DNA of 64,000 bases from Hydrolagus affinis (taxonomy: Eukaryota). The position numbers were made by a program, and so were the translations under genes. Of this stretch, positions 11,201-23,200 are shown one piece after another. The first letter of the stretch is position 1; each line of letters starts with the position of its first letter. The stretch lies in assembly GCA_012026655.1 (NCBI GenBank), contig JAAILG010000114.1, forward strand, positions 1 through 64,000, read 5' to 3'. Under the pieces are notes generated by a model. It was not told the DNA's origin and ran no database searches. It was given only the letters and a program-made list of their open reading frames with translations.

Positions 11201-14200
11201 GGTAAATCATCTTGTGCTTAAATAGAATTTCATTCCTAGTTGAAATCAGCTTGCAATTAAGTCCCATATTTTATCATGAAAGTTCAGTTGGATCTTATTG
11301 GGTTTAATTGCACTGTGGGATTTTTTTTTGCAAGAAAACTGTTTGGGCATTGTTATTGCTTAATTTGAGCTTTGTTTTTAAGTTTTTCATTCCCACAAAT
11401 TTGCTGTAATTAATATGGTTGAAGTGAGCTCCAATGCTGTGAAGGTAACTGTGTCAGAACTATAATTAACAAATAAATGCACAATTTTAAAAATAAACAA
11501 ATTGGGACTTTTTTTAACCATTCAAAAGGGTTAGGAGATGTGTGCCTGAGGCAAGTGCTCATCAGATGCCCAAATGTGAGAAACCGAAAAGGCTTACCAG
11601 CTGTAATTGTGTTGCAATAAAATTAAGACGTGAGGTGTGAGGAAAGATGTCACTGGAGGAATTTAAAAGTAGAGACTTGTACTTCCTTCCAGAGCCTGCA
11701 TATACTGTTTTTTGAGCCGGCGAGCTAATTTGGGGAAAATGCACTGGAGGCTGAGTTTTGCCATATTGTCCATGTGCAAAGTATGACCAGTTTGGAATAG
11801 ACAGAATCTCAGCAGTACTTAAGTATTGATTTAAATTCGAGCATTTACTTAGTCTTTATTTTTGTGGCCCATGGGTTAACCTTTTTATTGCTTTTTCTAT
11901 AACAAATTGGACAAAGGGTATCAAATTTATGCAGAAAGTTCATTACTCAAATATTTATGAAGCTTAATGCATAATAAATGAAGAAGCCATAATTCAGGCA
12001 GTAAATTTATTCATTGCGGTCCTAACTGACATTGTCTTGAACCATTGGAAAAAATATGAATTGGGTTGGATTGGGCTATACAGTATATTAAAATTAAACA
12101 AGATATTTATCTACAGTGCATAATTGGGCTTTTAATACTTGAAATGCACTTTAAATCTTTATGGTATGTTGTTATATTAACCCCCTTGACTTACCTTGTG
12201 GATGTATTAGCAAACTTAACCAATATGAAATACTTTATGTGGCATATCAGTGGTTTGATGGACTGCAGAAACAAAATTTACCTTGTCAAAATTTACTGTT
12301 CTAATTTTGAGTTGTTATAGATTGAACATCATTCTTCTGAATTGAATCCCTTTTGTACGCTGCACAATATTGCTTCTGCTCATTTGTTCAGATGGAGTAT
12401 AAGGTGTTCAGTAGTAATAAGAAAGATGCTTAAGAAAACAACAATGCAACAAATCAGCCAGTCAGTGGAAGAAAGCCGATTCATAATGTTGTGTAGAAGA
12501 AATAATAAATTAGTTCAACAAATTTATTATGAAGAATTAAGTTTACCAAACTGACATGCCTATGATACACTGCTACAAGAAATCAAGCAATTCCAATGTA
12601 TTTTATATGTTTAATAAAGATTTAAATTCAGTTCTTACCCTTTGACAAGTGGTTTATGTAAAAAGCATCAGCTGGACTTTAAGCAGTATTGAAATGTTAG
12701 TACTCTAATGTAGTATGCGGTTGACTAAAATTGGGTTGGGGTGGTCATGCGTATAATTGCCAAAGCTTTTTGGGTAGGACACTGACATTTTGAGTTTAGG
12801 GGATTATTCTGCGACCAAATTTGTATACCTAGAGTGGTCTAATCTTCATAAACCATTTGCTGTTTTTAATGAAGTATCAAAATGACGCTCTCCAGCTNNN
12901 NNNNNNNNNNNNNNNNNNNNNNNNNNNNNNNNNNNNNNNNNNNNNNNNNNNNNNNNNNNNNNNNNNNNNNNNNNNNNNNNNNNNNNNNNNNNNNNNNGCG
13001 AATTGCGGCAGCCAATTGCGCACAGCAGTGTCCCACACACAGTCGTGGATTGAAATGACCAATTTTATTATTGTGGTTTTTTTTGGATGGATTATTATTT
13101 AGTTGATGAGCAGTGGCAACCCTCCGCATCCCATAAGGCATTGTTTCGATTAGTATCACATTGGGCCTTCACAGAGTAGGACTTGCCTTTCTTCTGGCAA
13201 ATAGATAAGAACCATGACCTTTGAGCATACTTCATACACGATAAAAGGTGACTCACTCAAGATCCAGTGAAAGGGGAAACTGCATAAAATAAGGTTACTA
13301 CCACTTAGAAAATGTGCCCACCTTCATAAAGAAGACAAACCCTTTTCCTGGCATTTCTTTCAATAATTTGAGAATCTTTTACGGAGATGCTTTTAAACAA
13401 CAACTTGCATTTATATAGTGCTCCTACACAGGTTAACAACTCAGAATAGTGGTATTGTTCATACAAGTCTTATTCATAAGATGTGTATGTACGCAGCCTT
13501 TGCATTTTGCTTTAAAACACCGTCTGAGGTTTTCTCCGCAAATCGTGATCAAGAAGCGGATGAAAGTATGTGTAAGTGTTCAGGTGGGATTCACATCAGA
13601 TACCTCAGAATTTCTATCTTAACTTATGCAAACAGGCTAAAACAAAGTAACAGCCAAATGGGAGCTCGAGACCTACAGCACAAGATGTAGTATATTACAG
13701 CAGGCAGTGTAAAGAATCAGGGTTCTTTGATAGAAACGCCCATGGATTGGATCTGTAAGTATATTAAAAACTAATGTTAAGTTTGCATATTAATGATTCT
13801 GAGAAGGTACACATCCCAAAGCAATGTGAAAACTGGGGGCATTGAGGAGAAAAAAGATGAGAAATTACAAACCAAGCTCAGTGATGGCCTTCCTTAGGCA
13901 GTAAAATGCCTCACTGGTATCATCTTGGCCATAATGTCAAGAAGTAATCCCCAGTGTGGCCTAAGCCAACTGGAGGAGTTACAATCATACTGTGAACTCC
14001 CAAGTAAAGTATCCAGGATTCCTGCCTGTGATCATTACCAACAAAAGAATGTTGGGGTGAAAAGAGCTGGACTTCTTAAATAAATGCCAATACTTGCTAT
14101 GTTAGTTCAAGTACATGAAGTTCAACTTGAGCGAGGCTCCAGAGAGCCTTTGGTGACTAAAGATATAACCCAGTTTGTGTCGGTGTCTTCAGAGAAAGGA

Positions 14201-17200
14201 GCTTACCGAATGGCAAAGTGAGTGCCATTGTCTTTGAAAACGTTTAAACCGTTATATTAGTGGAAAACATAATAAGCTTTATGCTGGATTTTCTCAATAA
14301 AATTTCCCGCATTGAGGAAAGCTTGTACTTTGTAGTTGTACTTGTGTTTAATCATTTTGCCATTTGGACATTTTAAATCTCGAATTTTCCATCTGTGATT
14401 TCTTTTACAGAACATGAGTGATGCAATGGCCATACTACACAAACTGCAGACTGGACTGGATGTAAATGTCAAGTTTACCGGTGTAAGAGTTTTTGAGTAT
14501 ACTCCCGAGTGCATTGTATTTGATCTTCTCGATATTGCACTTTACCATGGATGGTTGGTGGATCCTCAGGTAAGGAATATAAAGAAGTCAAAGTTTTTTT
14601 TTCCCCCGCTTGTAAGAGAATTCTAAATCTGCAAGTTGCTTAACTCAGCTTTAAATTTTTGTGAGTTTCTTATTTCTATCCAAGCTTCCCTTCCCTTGGG
14701 CCTTCCACAGGTCTTTGTTTGGCTAGTTAGGTACTATTGTGAGAGGGATACAGGGCTCTGCATGACTGGCAACACTTTCTTTCTATAATTGGTCTCCAGT
14801 GTTATACAGTTAAAAATAGGGAAATATCCAAGGCTTTTTTTTCTCCCTGGGTTCCTTTTCCCTTCAATCCCATGGATGTAGCAAACCATCTTTGGCAAAG
14901 CTCTGAACCTTGCAGCTTTGTATTGATTGAATCACAGAGCATAAGACCAATGGTCAGGACTAGTTTGATTGACATCCAACTGACTGGAACACAAGCTGCT
15001 TGTTAAGAAAAAGCTGTGGAACTATGACGCACGAGTTTAGTAGTTTTATGGAGCCTATAAAAGTTTCACATTCTCTAAAAAGAACAGAGAATGCAGTTAC
15101 TGTATGTTTGTATATAAAAAAAGGTGCTAATGCTCTGGTACATTTAGACTGAAGAAAATTAATTTCAAGACCCATGGAAGTACTGCCAGTAAAATTAGAT
15201 GTGTTAGTCAGAATGAAGAGCCAGAAAAATGTGAGCATTTTCTAAAGAGCTGAACTGTTGGATAGAGACGAAAGTTCTTTTTAATGAAAATGTGGCCCTT
15301 TCTAAAATCTAAAAGGTGTGTAATGGGATATAGCGTATATTTATATGGCTTCTTGGACAGTTATGCCCCTGCCCCAACAACCATATAGTTCAAGGCTTTT
15401 GCCCCTTTATGTCTGAGGAGGCCGTCTAAGGCAAGGATAGCTAACTTTTGGCCCAGTGACATTCTACACATCTATTTAAGTTAGCCATCCCTGCATTTAA
15501 GTTAATTAAATAGTAGAGCTCCTTCCATGGTCAAAGTCTAAAAAATGCAGCATTTCAGCAAGGAAGTTTTAGAAGAAAAGTCAGATTCACAACATTTTCC
15601 TCACTGGTCGAATGAGTGATGTTGATATTGGGAGTTTCTCCCAGTGGGAGTTTAACCAGCGTTATCAAGACTGGGGCAGATAACTGCCGAATGGACTAAT
15701 GAAAGCACAGGAAGTTGGTTGGGTTGTGAGAAGGAAATTTCATGGAGAAGCTGAGAAAGAAAATTAAAGAATAATAACTTCTAAAAATGAAGTAATTATA
15801 TATAGACTTGAGGACTATCTGGGCCCACTGCTACCAGAGCTTTCCTTATTGTGATTACATTTTCTTTTTTTCTGCCACAAATAAAGTCAATTCGCTTTAC
15901 ACGATAGTGATTACAATTCGCTTTTCCTTATTGTGATTACATTTTCTTTTTTTCTGCCACAAATAAAGTCAATTCGCTTTACACGATATTCTGTGAAGCA
16001 CTTTGAGATGTCTAGAATACATGAAAAGCACTGTATCAAATGCAAGGATTTTTTTTTACACATAATGTTCTGTGGAGGTAGATGATGATATAATGCAACT
16101 GTAATTTGCATTATAGTTTTCACCCACAAAATGTACACACAGTCGCATCACTTTGCAGTATATCCTGTGAAGCGTTTTGCAACATCTTGACGATGTGTTT
16201 AGGCCCTATATCAAATGCAAGGATTATTTATTTCTGATGTTATGAAAGGTGTGATTAACTGGCACTCCATGCTCCCATTACAGTTTATTTAAAGCTGGTA
16301 CAACCTCTTAAGTACCAAAAATGTGACTTGTATGGTTCTCTTGCTATGTAAAAAGCCAAAGAATTCAGTTGAAGGTGTACTAGGTAGTCTGCTTGAAGTT
16401 GTGGATGATGCATTATCACGAATTATCAAACTGATCAGTGATGAGCAGCTGCAAAGTAAAGAGTGGAAATTGATTGCAATGAATTTGACTTAAACAGAAA
16501 AGGAGCCAGGTAGAATTTAGTTTCAACTCGCCACATTGCAGGCAATTCCACTTGTGAATCTGCAAAGAACTTTATTTTTAATTACAGGGTTACTTGTTTT
16601 GGAGAAAGTGTCTGATTGCTGTGAAACATTTTTGTGTAACATGGAAGGGTCTTGAAGCAAATTCACAAATTGTATCAAAAGGAATGTATGGGTCTAAAAG
16701 AAAGCCTCTTCGGAGTCTCAAATGTGATTTTCTGTTGATAATTCTATTCTGTAGAATGCTGATATAGCGAAGGCAGTGGGAATGTGCAGTTATAACCAGC
16801 TGGTGGAGAAGATTATCTCATGTAAACAGTCAGAGAACAGTGAACTAGTCAGTGAAGGTAAGGGAAGAACGGCTTTTTCTTTTTCTTCAAAAGCATTGGA
16901 TATTGGGGAAGAAAACTGCTGCATTGTACAGTATACTTGTCAAAGCAAGTGTTGTCCAGGATCTTTGAATGAATAGGTTTCTCGCTCTTCATGCACATAC
17001 TTAAACCACTGCACTATTTGAATAGATGGCTTTTTAAAAAAAAGTGAATCGATTATAGTAATGCACATAACAGAAGGATCAGTCAAGCCAAATTATAACT
17101 TAATGTAAATTGAAAGTTACTAACTTCATGGGAAGTATTAACTTTGCCCAGCTGCGTCATGGTAACATTGACGGAATCTGGGTGTAATTAGTGCCTGGCT

Positions 17201-20200
17201 TACCCTTGTTTTGCCTTTGTGGTACAGCTTAGATAGGTAACTGTCTCTAGAAATTGTGGGGGCAACTCGATACCTTAACACTGGTAGCAAAGCATTAAAA
17301 TTGGGAACCTTGTGTTCAGAAAATCGGTGGATGAGGCCATCAGAATAATTGATGTGAATATTTCTCATCTAATCCACTTGAGAAAATTCATGGGTTGACA
17401 ATCATGCCAGGTTTTCTCTTGTGATTTCTATAGAAACATTTCTGTGCCGTGCACCCTGTTCTCTCCATTGTTAATTATTTGCCGTACTGTATTTTACATG
17501 ATTTGTCATCCTAAACTATCTCAGTCTTGTAGATCCTCCATTTCCCAACATTTTAGCTTGTCTGCCACAGTAAAACTAATCGTGTCCTGGTTTGCATGAA
17601 TATGCTAAGTTATTGTGAAATGAATTATTTTGCCCTGCCAATTTACAGAACAAAGTACAGAACTGATTCACACAATAAGTTGGAAACCGCATCAGTGATA
17701 TTGTACGGTGAAACATTGCTTCCCAAGACATTCCTTTTAGCCGTAAACATATGCTATATGAACATTAGCTGCATTATGAATTTACCTGTAGAAATAGGAG
17801 CTTCCCACTTATCGCCTAACCAGTTTGGAAACAACAACAAAATTACATTTGTATACCGCCTTTCATGTCAGGAGGAAAAGTCTGAAAAACAAATGGTCTT
17901 TCTTTGCATAGATATTCAAGCCACTGCAATGGGTTGATTTTTACAGGTTAATTCAAGGCTAATTATATTTTTAATTACTGTTGCCATCCTTGTCTTCAAC
18001 TTCTGAGTTCTAGACTAGGATAACAGGATGCAATTTTAGACTTCTTAAATTGTGACCACTATTTCTTTATTTTGAATACTTTCAGCCGTGTGTTTCCATC
18101 AGAGTATTGCAGTAAAAATATGGTTCCCAGAGTAGCTGCAAAGAGAAGCTACTGTTTGGGGAGATCTGAAAATCCAATTATAAGAAATGTGCTTTTAAGC
18201 CATTTTATTCTAGTAGAAACTGTTTACCAAAAATAATGAAATATTTAAAAATAGTGGGCACACTTTTAGTCCAAATCCAACTTGCAATAGCATGCATTAT
18301 GATTGGAAGCGGGTCAGGCCTGCACCCCATTCTTATCGGAGATCCATGCATTCTCGGCTTGTAATGTGCCTAATTGTGGGTAATGTTTGTTTTGCTTCAC
18401 CCAGAATATTAATTTACATAGTTTTTTTTTTCTATGTCCTTATTAGCGTTTGTCGCAGAGCAGTTTCTGAACAGCACTGCAACCCAGCTGACATACCATG
18501 GGTTATGTGAACTGATGTCCGGAGTGCAAGAAGGAGAACTGTGTGTGTTCTTTCGCAATAACCATTTCTGTACGATGACAAAACACAAGGTACCCTTTAT
18601 TTTCAATGACTTGTTTAATTCTTAAAACATAGACAAGCTGCTTCTACTGTACGTTACATATTGGTACTGCTTTGAAGTGCAAAGATAAATGAGCTGTTGT
18701 GTTGATTCTTGTTAGAGTAAAAATGTGTTTGGCAGCATTTTTTTCATACAATAACCCGTGAATGATATAATTGGCCACAGTTGTCTGTCAAAATCCTAAT
18801 TTATACAGGAAACAGCTTCATTCGATTCAAATGGACTCTGAAATTTAATTTGATCATGCTAAGTGGATGTTTTTATTGAAATTAGGTTTGATACAAGTGA
18901 ATATGGTGCACTGTAAGTGATCTAGCATGGCCAGACCTCCAGATATGTAACAGACCATTTCCTGTAACATTAGAGATCAAGTTTGCCATCCTAACATTTA
19001 CCAAATACAGTATTGTGAAAAATGCTGCATTCGTTTTTTGAACTAAACCTTCTCTTCCCAAAAAACCTCCCTACCCGGCCCCGAATGTTTTTTTTAGAAA
19101 AAATGTCTGAAAATGTATGCACACAGGAGTTTTAAATAGTAATGACCTCTGTTAAGCGAAAATTAATTTGTGTTTTTATTTCCCAATCAATTGAAGTGTC
19201 TGTGCAATGCAATCCAGGTTCACCTCCTTCGAATAAAGTGATGTGAACTATGACTGGTGTACTGCAAAACAGCACCATCTGGCTATGTAATCTACAGGGT
19301 GAAACCATGGGCAAGTTTCCTTACTTCACACGGCTGTTAATAATCCCTCAAAAAAAATCCAATAATAATTTGGTCACTCAAACCAATACTGTTTGTGGGA
19401 CATTGCTGTGCGCGATTGGCTGACACTTTATGTCCACAGATAAAAGGTTGATTCACTTCACAGTATGTCCTGTGAAGCGCTTTGAGGTATCCAGAAGACG
19501 TGAAAAACGCTATATCAAATGTGGATTATTATTATCATTACACATTATAAAGCAAGTTTAGATCACAAGTCAAGTACAACTTGCCAGTGACTAGCATTAT
19601 AGAGTTTAAGAAGTGAAGGCTATATTCTCCTTATTGTGCGTGGTCACTAAAAAACTGAGTTAAGAGCAGTAAATTGCTCTCATCATTCATTTACTTAAAG
19701 TAGAGAAAGACAAGGGTTTTGCTATCCGCACCAGTGAATACAAGTTTCTCATTAATGGTGAAGATTCTAGGAAAACAGATGGGCTTTATTCAAATGTGGT
19801 TTGGAGCCCCTGCTGTGACCTGTATTAAGAAATGCACCAGTTGAATGAGCATGCAAATTATGTTAATTATATATTTTAACTTAAAAGCAAGTTGATTTAG
19901 TGATATTTCTTTTCATTTTAAATTATTCATTTAAGTTTCAGACTGAGCGATTCATGAAGAGAACTTTAACCAACCATCTAATACTGCACTCTGTGGAGAT
20001 TGACATTATTAATCACAAATCATTGAGCATGATATCAAAACTAGTTGAATTAATTTTAGGAGCTGGTGCATTTACATCTGTTAATAAGTGCTTATTTTTT
20101 GTCCATTATATTTGACAATGTGTAATATGGTTATCCATGGATTCTAACTTGACAGATTTATTGATATGTAGGTCTTGAGATATCATTGACTTCAACAACA

Positions 20201-23200
20201 ACAATAAAATTGCACTTATATAGCGCCTTTCACGTCGAGAGAACGTCCCAAAGCACTGAACAGTCTGGTCGGGACCCAAGCTGGGGGTGGGGAGGGAGGG
20301 GGAGGTGGGTCAGGGTAGAGGGAAGGGGAAGGAGAGTGGGAGACGGGGAAGAGTTAGTGGGGCAGCTGAAGGTGCGGTCGTAGAGGAAGGTCTTGAGACT
20401 GGCCTTGAAGGGGGAAAGGGAGGAAGCGAGGCGGAGGGGCTGCGGGATGGAGTTCCACTGTGTGGGATCAGAGAGGCTGAAAGTCTGGCCGCCGATGGTT
20501 GGGCAGTTAGGGTGGTGGACGTGGAGCAGGCCTGAGTCTGCTGAACGGAGGGTGTGAACAGGCTGATAGGGAGACAGTAGGTCAGAGAGATAGGCAGGGG
20601 CAAGGCCGTGAATGGCCTTGAAAGTGAGGACAAGGATTTAATGCAGTCTAACAGAGCGTTCACTTAATAAAATAATAATCCTTGCATTTGATATAGCACT
20701 TTCACGTCTTCTATATGTCTCAAAGCGCTTCACAGAATATACTGTAAAGTGAATTACTATTATTTGTGGGTGAAATGCGGCAGCCAATTGCGTATAGCTG
20801 TATCCCACAAACAGTCATGGATTGAAATGACCAATTTATTGTTTTTTTTTGAGGGATTATGATTAGGTGGATTATGATAAAGCATGTGGAGTAAGGAAAC
20901 TTGCCCAAGGTTTCACTCTGATCTGCCTGGATTTGAAGGCATGAATGCTCTAACCATTGAGCTACAGGACTCCACACTTAGAACCAGTGTTCTCACCATT
21001 TTAAAAAAAAGTAAAAAATCCGTACGTTAGATCAACCAGCAAAGCAGCCACTGCAGAATTGTAATTTTAGCTTGTAGGCACTGATGAGACCCAATTTGTT
21101 TACAGGATTTGCTCCCAATGAGCCTTGAAAAATCTGTTGCTGAACTGTTTGCGTTGCTCTGAATTATTGTGGCTAATACTATTAGCTAACTTGTGCATTC
21201 GGGCATTCGATTGCACAGTCCAATTTGTTTATTGTTTTACAAGTCCTCCAATTGTTTTATTTGATTACCGGTAATTTCTTCCCCCTGCTGTATTTCATTC
21301 TGTATTCCATTCTGTAGCTGAGATTGTGTCCAGATGAGCTAGCCTCTGACCCCCAATTCTGCTCATGAGCCAGGGACGTAAATATACAGACAATCTCTTC
21401 CAAAACGTCACTTCCCACCATTTTATTATTTTCCTTCCCCCTGTATCCTTCCTGTGTCCTCCCTGGTGTTTTGAAGGGAAGCTACCAATCATAAGTGACG
21501 AGGTAGGAGAATTAAAACCGAGAAAGGAAAGCACGACAGTGATACAAAAATGATTTTGTAAAACATAATTTTCTTTTGTGTGTCTCTCCATTTTGATCAC
21601 GAACAAAACGTATCTAGATAGGCTTGCAAGTTCCGATTGTTAAGGAAATAATTCTAAGGCTGCGTCTCATCCGAAATAAAATTAAAAAGATTAGCCCATA
21701 AGGCTTAGGAAAGATTATGGTATCATCCTGAAAGGAAGAGGGAAGGATAGGAAAAATTGAAGGGGAGAAGCAAGATTGGGCAGCTTCCTTCTGTGTTTGG
21801 GCAGTGTCCTTGTGTACTTGGGCATTCCCAGTGATCGGCTACAGGGGAAGGGGAATAGATTGGAGAATGGAGGTAATCTGGAAACAATGTAGGCACGAGA
21901 AACTACAGATATCAAGTGAAAGACTTGAAAAATCTGGGGTAGAAGAAATGGAGCCTGAGCAATCTTATTTATATTTTTTAAAAGTTTACTTTTTTTTAAA
22001 AAAGGTTCGGTGGTTATTAATATGTGGAGAGAATTGCTCTTAGTGTCATATCAGAAGTTTGTATTTCTGACAGAAGGTTCCATCGGCAAACAATCGGGGG
22101 TCAAGTTTCAGAGATTTTCACACCAGCTTGTTTGTTCTCCTGCTCTTAGAGTGATAATTGTGATGTGTTATGACTCTACTATGTCTGCCAGCATCCAGCT
22201 GTTTTGCTTTTGGAATAATGCAAGGTCACTCCTGGAGTGCAGGACTGCATAGTATGAACAGATTGCTCTGACTTCACTGAAATCCCAAAGCTGGAGCACT
22301 ATCTTTACATGTATCGTGGTGCTTGAGCCTTGTTTTTGAGTACTGAATACTCCTGAAGCTTTGTGCCAAATGTTTAATACTGAAAACAATTTGTGTTGGG
22401 AGGAGGAAAAATGTTTCATGTGGGAATTTAAAAAAAAATGTAGGTGTTGGAATGAGGCATTTGCTGGTGACAGTGTTCCTTGTTTGGAGAATGGGCAAGT
22501 TGCTGCTTTTTGATTATCTTTGGATTGAGCCAGTACTAATAATACTGAAGAATCTTTTTTGACGAGCACATTGTACACATGTCGCATTCCACCCGTAAGT
22601 AGTTCACCGTGATTCTTTTAATATGTGGTGTGTCATTAAGTGGGAGGCAGAGGCAATGTTCATGGTGCTTTGTCAATTACCATCAGCGCAGTATTATTCA
22701 CTTTCAGGAAGTGCAGCAGTCCTGAATCCCCATGCTATACATGTCTCAAGCTGGAATCGAGTGTGCCTGGCAAATTGCCACATGTTTTGTTTATCAACAG
22801 TACTGTTGATTGATGGGGGCAGATATTCAAAACTACCTTGAACAGTCACTTTTTTTCTGAAGTTACAATTGTTTTTTGTTCCCACGGAGGAAATGACCTG
22901 AGCGTTTAAGAGACAGACCATTTATACCTTTGTGCCAGCTGGAAAGCATTCCAGAATCCGACCGAAAAGAGCTATTGAATATTTATTCATTGCAGTTACG
23001 AGCTACCAATTTTACAAATCATACCATGTCGCTATGCAAAGAATTTAACAGTAGATGGCACAAAGCAATGACAACAGTCTTGTTGGTTTTGAAATAGTAG
23101 TATTTAACAATTACTAAATAGGGCTGGTATTTGGCTCTCATAGTATGATCAAAGTTAAAACACTATCCTTCCACTAATTCGGTTGCGGGTTTAATGTTAA

